A DNA stretch of 64,000 nt from an uncultured Alphaproteobacteria bacterium (GTDB taxonomy: Bacteria > Pseudomonadota > Alphaproteobacteria > Rhizobiales > Beijerinckiaceae). Location: NCBI GenBank assembly GCA_963704315.1, contig OY969887.1, positions 1,907,069 to 1,971,068 of the forward strand, given 5' to 3'. The notes beneath the pieces were generated by a model that saw nothing but the letters and a program-made list of their open reading frames with translations, did not search any database and had not been told where the DNA came from. Positions 49,959 through 58,912 of the stretch are shown in pieces. The position numbers and the translations under genes are program-made. The stretch's first letter is position 1. Each line of letters starts with the position of its first letter.

Positions 49959-50351
49959 TCACAACATATCGAGCGAGACGCGCGCCTCGTCGGACATGCG
50001 CGCCTGATCCCAGGGCGGCTCGAAGACGATGTTGACGATGACGCCGAGCGTGCCCGGCACCGTGCCGATCGCGGTTTCGACCGAGCGGGTGATCTCGCCG
50101 GCGACAGGACAGCCCGGCGCGGTCAAGGTCATCTCGACCCTTATCAGCCGGTTCTCGTCGACATCGACCTTATAGATAAGGCCGAGCTCATAAATATCGC
50201 ACGGAATTTCCGGATCGTAGACCGTCTTGAAGGCGGCGACCATGTCGCTGATCAGGCGATCGCGCTCGGCGTGCTGAACATCCTGCGCGAAGATCCATTG
50301 CGGCTCATTCGGCACGGCTTCTTGAGCTTCCAAAGTGTCCATTTCGGCCAT
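49959..50351 (-). CDS. sufT: SUF-associated DUF59 (SufT/PaaD-like) Fe-S assembly protein
   Basis: VYDPEIPCDIYELGLIY...TLTAPGCPVAGEI. Confidence 0.85.
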   Translation of the reverse strand: MAEMDTLEAQEAVPNEPQWIFAQDVQHAERDRLISDMVAAFKTVYDPEIPCDIYELGLIYKVDVDENRLIRVEMTLTAPGCPVAGEITRSVETAIGTVPGTLGVIVNIVFEPPWDQARMSDEARVSLDML

Positions 50352-50365
50352 GACGGGCTCCCAGT

Positions 50366-51610
50366 TCAGGCGAAGAGGCCTTCCGCTTTGCGCAAGGCCT
50401 CAGCGAGTTTGTCGACTTCCTCGAACGTATTGTAGAGCGCGAAAGACGCCCGGCACGTCGAGGTCACACCAAATCTGGCGAGCAGCGGCTGCGCACAATG
50501 CGTGCCGGCCCGCACCGCGACGCCGGAATGATCGATGATCGTTGCGACATCATGGGCATGCGCATTCTTCATCTCGAAGGACAGGATCGCGCCCTTGCCC
50601 TTGGCCCGGCCGAAGATCCTGATCGAATTGATGCGCGAGACGACGTCATGCGCATAATCGCTCAGCGCCGTCTCATGCGCATGGATTTTTTCGCGCCCGA
50701 TCGACCGCATGTAGTCAAGGGCAGCGCCGAGACCGATCGCCTGGATGATCGGCGGCGTGCCGGCCTCGAAACGATGCGGCGGTTCATTATAGGTGACGCG
50801 GTCGCGCGTCACCTCATTGATCATCTCGCCGCCGCCGAGGAAAGGCGGCAGCTTTTCGAGCCATTCCTTCTTGCCATAGAGCGCGCCAATACCGGTCGGC
50901 CCGTAGAGCTTATGGCCCGTCATGACATAGAAATCGACATCGAGGTCGCGGACATCGACATTAAGATGCACCGCGCCCTGCGAACCGTCGACGAGCACGG
51001 GAATGCCGCGGGCATGAGCGATGCGCACGATCTCCTTAATGGGCGTCACAGTGCCCAGCATGTTCGACATATGGGTGATGGCGACGATCTTGGTCTTTTC
51101 GGTCAGCGCCTTCTCGAATTCCTCGATGAGGAAATTGCCGTCGTCATCGATATCGACCCATTTCAGCACCGCGCCTTTGCGCTCCCGCAGATAATGCCAG
51201 GGAACGATATTGGCATGATGCTCCATGATCGAGAGGACGATCTCGTCGCCCTCTTTGATGAAGGCCTGGCCGAAGGAGGAGGCGACGAGATTGATCGATT
51301 CCGTCGCCGATTTGGTGAAGATGATCTCATTGACCAATTCGGCGTTGAGGAAGGCCCTGACGCTTTCCCGCGCAGCCTCGAAGGCATCGGTCGCGGCATT
51401 GGCGAGATAATGCAGGCCGCGATGCACATTGGCATATTCATGATAGGTCGCATGCACCATCCGGTCGACAACCTGCTTCGGCTTCTGCGCCGAAGCGGCA
51501 TTGTCGAGATAGACGAGCGGCTTGCCATAGACCTTGAGGGAGAGGATCGGAAAATCCTCGCGGATGCGCATGACGTCGAGCGGTGCATCCGCAACGATAT
51601 GCTTGTTCAT
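50366..51610 (-). CDS. sufS: cysteine desulfurase, SufS type
   Basis: VYLDNAASAQKP, HHANIVPW, GHKLYGPTGIG (PLP lysine) and RAGTHCAQP. The ATGA overlaps the sufD stop. Confidence 0.92.
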   Translation of the reverse strand: MNKHIVADAPLDVMRIREDFPILSLKVYGKPLVYLDNAASAQKPKQVVDRMVHATYHEYANVHRGLHYLANAATDAFEAARESVRAFLNAELVNEIIFTKSATESINLVASSFGQAFIKEGDEIVLSIMEHHANIVPWHYLRERKGAVLKWVDIDDDGNFLIEEFEKALTEKTKIVAITHMSNMLGTVTPIKEIVRIAHARGIPVLVDGSQGAVHLNVDVRDLDVDFYVMTGHKLYGPTGIGALYGKKEWLEKLPPFLGGGEMINEVTRDRVTYNEPPHRFEAGTPPIIQAIGLGAALDYMRSIGREKIHAHETALSDYAHDVVSRINSIRIFGRAKGKGAILSFEMKNAHAHDVATIIDHSGVAVRAGTHCAQPLLARFGVTSTCRASFALYNTFEEVDKLAEALRKAEGLFA

Positions 51611-52947
51611 GGACCTGCTCCCACCCGCGCTGCGAGCCAAGCCGCGATCTCGGCCCGGAACGCGGTGACGAGCCCCTCATGCGGGATCTCGTCGACGAGC
51701 TCGCCGCCGAACGCTTCGAGAAGCAGCGCCTCGGCCTCCGCATAAGGCAGGCCGCGCGTCTGAAGATAAAAGATCTGATCCTCATTGAGGCCGCCGCAGG
51801 TCGTGCCATGACCGCATGCGACGTCATCGGCGAAGATTTCGAGCTCCGGCTTGCTGTTCATCGCCACCATATCGGTGAGCAGCAAAGCCTTGCAGAGCAT
51901 TTTGCCGTCGGTCTTTTGCGCTGCCGGGGCAACATGGATCTTGCCCTGGAAGACACCGACCGCCTCGTCATCGAGAATGTAGCGGAAAGTCTCGCGGCCT
52001 TCGCAGCCTGTCGCGCAATGTTGGACGAAAAGCGTGGTGTCGGCATGCTCGCGGCCGCGCAACAGCGAGACGCCGCGCAGCGCCGCCTTGGCATCCGCCC
52101 CGTCGAAACGCATGAAGATCTGGCGCCGCACCAGCCCGCCGCCGGTGATCAGCGCGAAACTGTCGAAATTGGCCTTGGCGCCGAGCTTCACCATGAAGCT
52201 TTCGAGCCTGACGCTGCCCGGCTCCGTATCCGTCAGAGCGAGCGTGTGGCCGACTTCGGCTGCATCGCCGACCACCAGGACGAGGCCATTGTTCGTCTGC
52301 CCGGTCCGGCCACCGGCGCCGAAGCTCGCCTCGCTGAGCAGCACCGAAGCACCTGCGCCGACAATCATCAGGGAGCGCGAGAAGCGCGCCACCGGCGTCG
52401 CCGAAGCCGTCGCATAGACGAGATGGATCGGCTCGGCGAGCCCGGTGCCCGGCGCGACCTCGATCACCACGCCATCCTGCATCAAAGCCGCATTCAGCGC
52501 GACAATCGGATCCTTCGCCTCCGCCCATTCGGCCGAAAGATGCGCGATAATGTCGGCCCGTCCTTCCGCCAGAGCGGCGGCGAGCGACGTAACTTTCACT
52601 CCCGCCGGCAGGGCGGCCGACAGTTCCGGCACGAAGACACCGTCCACAAGAACGAGGCTCTGCGCCGGAAGGCCGATGTCGCCCATCGTCTTGCCGAGCC
52701 TGGCCAACGCATCGGTGCTCGGAACCGGCGCAATGGGCAGCGCCTCGCGCATCAAGGCGCGAAGGTCCGTATAGTGCCAGGATTCGACGCGGCGATGCGG
52801 CAGGCCCGATTGGGTGAAGGACGCGAAGGCCGCCTCACGCAGCTTCGCGACTTCAGCCGTGCCGGGCAAACGGCTCTTGGCTGCACCGAACGCCTCGGCG
52901 AGTGCGGTCTCTGCCGGCGTGCGGGTGGGGATGATCTGGGCGGTCAT
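51607..52947 (-). CDS. sufD: Fe-S cluster assembly protein SufD
   Basis: SufD family with position between sufC and sufS. C-terminal EIFADDVACGHGTTCG. Confidence 0.9.
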   Translation of the reverse strand: MTAQIIPTRTPAETALAEAFGAAKSRLPGTAEVAKLREAAFASFTQSGLPHRRVESWHYTDLRALMREALPIAPVPSTDALARLGKTMGDIGLPAQSLVLVDGVFVPELSAALPAGVKVTSLAAALAEGRADIIAHLSAEWAEAKDPIVALNAALMQDGVVIEVAPGTGLAEPIHLVYATASATPVARFSRSLMIVGAGASVLLSEASFGAGGRTGQTNNGLVLVVGDAAEVGHTLALTDTEPGSVRLESFMVKLGAKANFDSFALITGGGLVRRQIFMRFDGADAKAALRGVSLLRGREHADTTLFVQHCATGCEGRETFRYILDDEAVGVFQGKIHVAPAAQKTDGKMLCKALLLTDMVAMNSKPELEIFADDVACGHGTTCGGLNEDQIFYLQTRGLPYAEAEALLLEAFGGELVDEIPHEGLVTAFRAEIAAWLAARVGAGP

Positions 52948-52962
52948 CGGAGCTTCGCCTTC

Positions 52963-53718
52963 TCACACGAGTGCCGGTTCGTCGACATAATCCTTATAGC
53001 CGCTCTTTTCGAGTTCGAGCGCCAGCTCCTTGCCGCCGCTGCGCATGATGCGGCCGCCGGCCATCACATGCACCGTATCGGGAACAATATAATCGAGAAG
53101 CCGCTGATAATGGGTGATGACGAGGAAGCCGCGATTTGGCGCCCGCAGCGAATTGACGCCCTCGGCGACGATCCGCAGCGCATCGATGTCGAGACCGGAA
53201 TCGGTTTCGTCCAGAATGCCGAAGGAGGGCTCGAGCAGCGCCATCTGGAGAATATCCATGCGCTTTTTCTCGCCGCCCGAAAAGCCGACATTGAGGGCGC
53301 GCTTCAGCATGTCGGATTTGATCCCGAGCTTGTCGGCCGCCGTCTTGACGCGCTTCATAAAGTCCGGCGTCGACAATTCCTCTTCGCCGCGCTGCTTGCG
53401 CTGGGCGTTGAGCGCCGCCTTGAGGAAGGTCATGGTCGCAACGCCGGGGATTTCGAGCGGATATTGGAAGGCGAGGAAGAGCCCCTTGGCGGCCCGCACA
53501 TCGGGCTCGAGCTCGAGGAGGTTAACGCCATTCAGCAGGACCTCGCCGGATTCGATCTCATAATCCTTCTTGCCGGCGACAACATAGGACAAGGTCGATT
53601 TGCCGGTGCCGTTCGGCCCCATCAGAGCTGCGACTTCGCCATCCTGCACCGTGATGTTGAAGTCGTTGAGGATTTTCTTTCCTCCGATCGACACATTGAG
53701 GTTTTTCACTTGGAACAT
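52963..53718 (-). CDS. sufC: Fe-S cluster assembly ATPase SufC
   Basis: [18 protein letters not shown] and [14 protein letters not shown]. Confidence 0.95.
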   Translation of the reverse strand: MFQVKNLNVSIGGKKILNDFNITVQDGEVAALMGPNGTGKSTLSYVVAGKKDYEIESGEVLLNGVNLLELEPDVRAAKGLFLAFQYPLEIPGVATMTFLKAALNAQRKQRGEEELSTPDFMKRVKTAADKLGIKSDMLKRALNVGFSGGEKKRMDILQMALLEPSFGILDETDSGLDIDALRIVAEGVNSLRAPNRGFLVITHYQRLLDYIVPDTVHVMAGGRIMRSGGKELALELEKSGYKDYVDEPALV

Positions 53719-53957
53719 GGCTATGATCCTGCCTGTGATCCGGACGGCGATGGTGTCGCCGCAGCCGGCGTTGCCGCTTCATTGTTGATATTCTTACCCT
53801 CGGCCATTGCCAAAAAGCAGCAACGGCCAGAGGGACGGCTTGTGCCAATTGACGCCTTCGCGACATTGCAGTCGACAGCTCATGTCGGTGCTTCGGCGGC
53901 ATCGCGTCTTCGGCGGCGGGCCGGGCGGCTCTTGCCCGGCCCCGTTTGCATCGGCGC

Positions 53958-55457
53958 TTAGCCGACGCTTCCTTCGAGCGACACCGCGATCAGCTTCTGC
54001 GCCTCGACCGCAAACTCCATCGGCAATTGCTGCAGCACATCGCGCACGAAGCCGTTGACGATGAGCGCGGTCGCCTCTTCGGCCGAAAGTCCGCGCTGCA
54101 TGCAGTAGAAGAGCTGATCCTCGGAAATCTTCGAGGTCGTCGCTTCATGCTCGAACTGCGCCGACGGGTTCTTCGACTCGATATAGGGAACCGTATGCGC
54201 GCCGCAGCTTTCGCCGATGAGCAGCGAGTCGCAATTGGTGAAATTGCGGGCGCCGGTCGCCAGACGATGCGCCGAGACCTGACCGCGATAGGTGTTCTGC
54301 GACTTGCCCGCAGAAATGCCCTTCGAAATGATCCGGCTCGTCGTGTTCTTGCCGAGATGGATCATCTTGGTCCCGGAATCGACCTGCTGATGGCCGTTCG
54401 AAATCGCGATCGAATAGAATTCGCCGCGCGAATTGTCGCCGCGCAACACGCAGGACGGATATTTCCAGGTGATCGCCGAACCGGTCTCGACCTGGGTCCA
54501 GGAGATCTTCGAATTGGCGCCGCGGCAATCGCCCCGCTTGGTGACGAAATTATAGATCCCGCCTTTGCCTTCGGCATCGCCGGGGTACCAGTTCTGCACC
54601 GTCGAATATTTGATTTCCGCATCGTCGAGCGTGATGAGCTCGACGACTGCCGCATGGAGCTGGTTCTCGTCGCGCTTGGGCGCCGTGCAGCCTTCGAGAT
54701 AGGACACATAGGCGCCCTTGTCGGCGATGATCAGGGTGCGCTCGAACTGCCCGGTGTTCTGCTCATTGATGCGGAAATAGGTCGACAGTTCCATCGGGCA
54801 TTTCACGCCCGGCGGAATGTAGACGAAGGAGCCGTCGGAGAAGACCGCGCTGTTCAGCGTGGCATAGAAATTATCCGTCGTCGGCACCACCGAGCCGAGA
54901 TATTTCTTAACCAGCTCGGGATGCGTATGCACGGCTTCCGAGATCGGGCAGAAGATGACGCCAGCCTTGGCGAGCTCTTCCTTGAAGGTGGTCACGACCG
55001 AGACCGAGTCGAAGACCGCATCGACCGCGATCCGCCGCTCGGGCGCAGCCTCGCCATTCTCGTCCAGCTGCTGCACACCCGCGAGGATCGCCTGTTCCTT
55101 CAGCGGAATGCCGAGCTTCTCATAGACTTTCAGCAATTCCGGATCGACTTCGTCGAGCGACTTCGGACCCGAAGCCGTCTTTGGCGCCGAATAATAATAG
55201 AGATCCTGATAATCGACCGGGGGATAGTCCACCCGGGCCCAGGCCGGCTCGCGCATGGTGAGCCAGCGCCGATAGGCCTCGAGCCGCCATTCGGTCAGCC
55301 ATTCCGGCTCATTCTTCTTCGCCGAGATGAAGCGGACGATGTCTTCGTTCAGACCCTTCGGGGCCTTGTCCGCTTCAATGTCCGAGGAAAACCCATATTT
55401 ATATTCGTCCACATCGATCGATTTGACGCGATCGATGGTTTCCTGCACCGCAGCCAT
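53958..55457 (-). CDS. sufB: Fe-S cluster assembly scaffold SufB
   Basis: Highly conserved SufB sequence ([44 protein letters not shown]). Confidence 0.96.
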   Translation of the reverse strand: MAAVQETIDRVKSIDVDEYKYGFSSDIEADKAPKGLNEDIVRFISAKKNEPEWLTEWRLEAYRRWLTMREPAWARVDYPPVDYQDLYYYSAPKTASGPKSLDEVDPELLKVYEKLGIPLKEQAILAGVQQLDENGEAAPERRIAVDAVFDSVSVVTTFKEELAKAGVIFCPISEAVHTHPELVKKYLGSVVPTTDNFYATLNSAVFSDGSFVYIPPGVKCPMELSTYFRINEQNTGQFERTLIIADKGAYVSYLEGCTAPKRDENQLHAAVVELITLDDAEIKYSTVQNWYPGDAEGKGGIYNFVTKRGDCRGANSKISWTQVETGSAITWKYPSCVLRGDNSRGEFYSIAISNGHQQVDSGTKMIHLGKNTTSRIISKGISAGKSQNTYRGQVSAHRLATGARNFTNCDSLLIGESCGAHTVPYIESKNPSAQFEHEATTSKISEDQLFYCMQRGLSAEEATALIVNGFVRDVLQQLPMEFAVEAQKLIAVSLEGSVG

Positions 55458-55528
55458 ACCATTCTCCTCACCTTGGCGGTTTCAAGGACCGCTGGTTCAG
55501 ACTTAAGGCCGCCGGCTTCCCGGCTGCC

Positions 55529-56734
55529 TCACGCCGCAGGCTTCACCTGCCGCGCCTTGACGGTTCGAACCGACTTTTCGAAAGCCCGCTCGAACAGGGC
55601 CAAATCCTCAGGCCCCGAATTCCACCCGAGACTCACCCGGACCGCGCCCTGCGCCAAACTGGCGGGAACGCCCATCGCCTCCAAAACATGCGAGCGCCGC
55701 ACTTTGCCTGACGAACAGGCGGAACCCGATGAAACTGCGACGCCTTCCATGTCCAAGGACATAAGCAAGACCTGTGCCTCCAGCCCCTGAACGGCGAAAT
55801 TGCTCGTGTTGGGCAGCCGCGGCGCGCCGGCGCCAAAGACAACCACATCCGGCGCGATCTCGGCAATCTTCCGCTCTACCCCGTCGCGCCAGGCAGCCAA
55901 GGCAGAGCTAAGCGTTTCGGCACCGCCTGCGGCAGCCTTCATCGCCGCGGCAAAGCCCATGATGGCCGCAACATTCTCCGTGCCGGCCCGCAGACCCCGC
56001 TCCTGGCCGCCGCCGCGCAGCATCATGTTCTTTATGTGATAGACGCCGGGTGCAAAGCAAAGAGCCCCGACGCCCTGCGGACCGCCGAATTTATGCGCCG
56101 AAACGGCCAGCGCATCCGCATTAAGCGCAGCAAAGTCGCAGGCAATCCGGCCGGCGGCTTGAACGGCATCGCAAATGACCACCCCGCCCGCCGCGTGAAC
56201 CATGGCCGCCGCAGCGGCGACCGGCTGGATGACCCCGGTTTCATTATTGGCGGCCTGCAGCGCCAGCATCACGCGCCGTCCTGCGTGCCGCGCGAGCGCC
56301 GCCGCCAAAGCATCGAGACTGATGACCCCTTCCGGCGCAAGCGGCAGAATTTCGATCGCCTCGGCCGGAAATCTGTGGCCGGAAATGACGCAGACATGCT
56401 CGCCGCCGCCGATCAAGAGACGATCGAACGGAGCTGTCCCATCACCGGCGATTGGGCGGCCGATTTCGAGATCCGGCGTCAAAGCAAGGTTGAGCGCTTC
56501 GGTCGCACCGGAGGTGAAGATCACGTTCTTCGCCCCGGTCCCGACCAAAGCGGCAATCTCATCGCGTGCCGTCTCGATCCGGGCGCGCGCGGCGCGGCCT
56601 TCGGCATGGATCGAAGACGCATTGCCCAAAAGATCCAATCCGACGGCAATGGCCGCCCGCGCTTCCGGGCGCAGCGGCGTCGTCGCATTATGATCGAGAT
56701 AGGCCCGCGTCTGCGCCACAGATTGTCCTTTCAA
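55529..56734 (-). CDS. class V aminotransferase / cysteine desulfurase (NifS/IscS-like)
   Basis: YLDHNATTP, SGATEA, SAHKFGGPQGVGAL (PLP lysine) and SSGSACSSG. It is the first gene of the suf cluster. Confidence 0.85.
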   Translation of the reverse strand: MKGQSVAQTRAYLDHNATTPLRPEARAAIAVGLDLLGNASSIHAEGRAARARIETARDEIAALVGTGAKNVIFTSGATEALNLALTPDLEIGRPIAGDGTAPFDRLLIGGGEHVCVISGHRFPAEAIEILPLAPEGVISLDALAAALARHAGRRVMLALQAANNETGVIQPVAAAAAMVHAAGGVVICDAVQAAGRIACDFAALNADALAVSAHKFGGPQGVGALCFAPGVYHIKNMMLRGGGQERGLRAGTENVAAIMGFAAAMKAAAGGAETLSSALAAWRDGVERKIAEIAPDVVVFGAGAPRLPNTSNFAVQGLEAQVLLMSLDMEGVAVSSGSACSSGKVRRSHVLEAMGVPASLAQGAVRVSLGWNSGPEDLALFERAFEKSVRTVKARQVKPAA

Positions 56735-56918
56735 TCCCGCTCATCGAAACAGGTTCGTCAAAATACTTGCATTCGCAACCAGCGAACGTGCTAGATGGCG
56801 TGCGCGCCGCGTAGAACCGCAGGTGTGAGGTGCATAGATGATGCACAGCATGGCTCACGTCAGGCAGTTCCAGCGCCGCGGCGCCGCTTTGACCGGAACG
56901 CGGATTGGCCCGAATCCA

Positions 56919-56935
56919 GTTAGAATAATTCTAAA
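56919..56935. promoter_or_regulatory. Irr-type iron control element (ICE)-like box
   Basis: GTTAGAA-TAA-TTCTAAA matches 13 of 14 positions of TTTAGAA-N3-TTCTAAA. It is about 185 nt upstream of the nifS-like/suf operon start and about 230 nt upstream of the divergent hydrolase gene. Confidence 0.5.
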
Positions 56936-57164
56936 TGGATTGTGGCGCCCTCGGCCGGGCGAGTCAAGCGATCGACAGATGAAACCATGCCTCTGAAACC
57001 ATGGCTTTGGCGCCTGCCGGAATTGCTGGGCCAAGGTGCCGAGTTCAAACGACGCCAAATTTAAGGGTTGAACCATATTGGCCAGATAATTCCCTCGAAT
57101 AATTCCCCAATTCGAGCCGCCAAGTGGGTTCGAGAGATAGACAGCAGGAAGCTTAGGAACAACC

Positions 57165-57854
57165 ATGCCAGAGGTCATTTTCAACGGTCCCGCCGGCCGC
57201 CTCGAAGGGCGCTTTCATCCTTCGACCCAGCGCGGTGCCCCAATCGCCGTGATCTTGCATCCGCATCCGCAATTCGGCGGCACGATGAACAATCAGATCG
57301 TCTACAATCTTTATTATGCTTTCGCGGAGCGCGGCTTTTCGGTCCTGCGGTTCAATTTCCGCGGGGTCGGCCGCAGCCAGGGCGCCTTCGACCATGGCCA
57401 AGGCGAGCTGTCGGATGCCGCTGCGGCGCTCGACTGGGTGCAGACGATCAATCCCGATGCGCGGGCCTGCTGGATCGCCGGCGTCTCCTTCGGCGCCTGG
57501 ATCGGCATGCAGCTTCTGATGCGCCGGCCGGAGGTCGAAGGTTTCGTCTCGGTCGCGCCGCCGGCCAATCGCTTCGATTTTTCCTTTCTCGCGCCCTGCC
57601 CTTCTTCCGGCCTCTTCGTCCATGGCGATCAGGATCGCGTCGCGCCCCTCAAGGAGGTCACGGGCCTCATCGAAAAGCTGAAGACGCAGAAAGGCATCAT
57701 GATCGAGCATGCGGTGATTCCGGGCGCCAATCATTTCTTTGAAAATTGCGTCGATGCGCTCATCGGAGAAGTCGGCGTCTATCTCGACCGGCGGCTCGGC
57801 AATCCGCCGAAATTGCCGACGCCGACGCGGGCCGACCCGGCCGAGCGAGGGTGA
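57165..57854 (+). CDS. alpha/beta hydrolase (COG2945-like)
   Basis: GRLEGRFHP...IAVILHPHPQFGGTMNNQIV...FNFRGVGRSQG...GVSFGAW (nucleophile elbow GxSxG). Confidence 0.8.
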   Translation: MPEVIFNGPAGRLEGRFHPSTQRGAPIAVILHPHPQFGGTMNNQIVYNLYYAFAERGFSVLRFNFRGVGRSQGAFDHGQGELSDAAAALDWVQTINPDARACWIAGVSFGAWIGMQLLMRRPEVEGFVSVAPPANRFDFSFLAPCPSSGLFVHGDQDRVAPLKEVTGLIEKLKTQKGIMIEHAVIPGANHFFENCVDALIGEVGVYLDRRLGNPPKLPTPTRADPAERG

Positions 57855-57957
57855 GGCCGGCCATCGCCAAGGCACATTCGCGGCTCAGGCTTGTCCGCAA
57901 AGCCAAACCGGCGGCAGTATGAGCCTGAAATCGGCGGCCATCTGGGGTCGGCCTATG

Positions 57958-58512
57958 TCAGTTTGTCTTCCGTTGCTTCTCAGACCCGAAGAGCGTTAGC
58001 TGCAAGTCTCTTGCAGGGGGTTTTAATGGCCCGGGAAGGCTGTTGAAGACCCCGGGAACTCTCATCTGTTTGTGCATCTTCGTGAATTGAACGTTATACC
58101 CATCCGGGTTGCGGGCGACAGCAAGCGCTATCAATAATGGTTCCAAATGGCTAACGTCTGGAACTCCGTTTTTACCAGGCTCCGTTAGCTTTCCTCCAGG
58201 GTCGGTCATACGAGGAATAAGAAATAATTTCGGGCACCCACGCCTTGCGAGTAGTTTGAGTAATATTACTTGATTTGTTGGCTTAAAACATGCCCTCGAA
58301 AAAGGCATTTTTTCTGCTTTCCCAACATACCATGGAAGGAAATTCTCACCATTTTTCAATGCAAAAATATAACAGCCACACGCTTCCGATAGGCTGAGTT
58401 TTGTAACTTCATCAACTTCTTTCCAAAATTCATTCTTGGTCTTAACGTCCCATTTTAGCGTGCCGTTTTCCTGAGGGACATCAAAGCCGCCGAACACGTC
58501 AAATTTCATCAT
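57958..58512 (-). CDS. low-GC orphan protein with GIY-YIG-nuclease-like motifs (184 aa)
   Basis: GCY(46-48)-x13-YVGKAEK(62-68)-x4-R73 is followed by LEPLLIALAVARNPDGYN (E124, N140). This resembles the GIY...YVGKA..R...E..LI....P.YN pattern of UvrC-type GIY-YIG domains. The start is ATG 58512; an in-frame ATG at 58671 is possible. There is no obvious SD. Confidence 0.5.
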   Translation of the reverse strand: MMKFDVFGGFDVPQENGTLKWDVKTKNEFWKEVDEVTKLSLSEACGCYIFALKNGENFLPWYVGKAEKMPFSRACFKPTNQVILLKLLARRGCPKLFLIPRMTDPGGKLTEPGKNGVPDVSHLEPLLIALAVARNPDGYNVQFTKMHKQMRVPGVFNSLPGPLKPPARDLQLTLFGSEKQRKTN

Positions 58513-58686
58513 GGATTTTGTCCGCGGTGCCGTGGCGATTTGTGTTGGAATCAACTTCAGCCAGAATTCCCCAGATGACCGGAGACAGGTCAGTATGATT
58601 GGCTCGACTCGTCCTGTTTGGCAAACCTGAGCGTCGCTGATCCCCCATTTGTCGAGACGCGCCTCAGGCATCAATTTCAGCACCCA

Positions 58687-58743
58687 GACGATTGTTCCAT
58701 AGCGATGATTTCGGCGGAAGGCCCAATCGTCGACCTCGACCAC
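58687..58743 (-). pseudogene. short fragment of an ISL3-family transposase
   Basis: VVEVDDWAFRRNHRYGTIV resembles the conserved (L)G(V/I)DDWAxR(K/R)GxxYGTI block of ISL3 transposases. The flanking sequence is unrelated. Confidence 0.35.
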
Positions 58744-58776
58744 TTGTCGGAGGCTCGGTTCTCGGGCGGGCCGCCG

Positions 58777-58893
58777 ATGAAGAGCGTTCTGATCACCGGC
58801 TGTTCGAGCGGGCTCGGCTTTTCCGCCTATGCGGCTCTGTTTCGTCGCTTCTTTGGCTGGACGAAAGTGCGCGCCACACTCCGCAATTCCTGA
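58777..58893 (+). pseudogene. stub of a classical SDR N-terminus (38 aa)
   Basis: MKSVLITGCSSGLGFSAYAALFRR..GW.KV.AT.RNS* matches the TGxxxGxG Rossmann start of SDRs and then terminates just before the anmK 3' end. Confidence 0.4.
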
Positions 58894-58912
58894 CAACAGA
58901 ATTTTGCTCGCC

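Noticed and set aside
53721-53807. A 28-codon minus-strand ORF ([28 protein letters not shown]) ends just before the sufC start.
   Set aside because: It is low-complexity, with no SD and no recognisable family. It cannot be supported from sequence alone.
57958-58896. The full 312-aa ORF, considered as one protein.
   Set aside because: G+C composition and content change abruptly along it: an ISL3-like 19-aa block in high-GC DNA, then the low-GC body. The N-terminal 130 aa are Arg/Pro/Ala-rich and overlap an SDR stub on the other strand. The internal ATG at 58512 (or 58671) is the more credible start.
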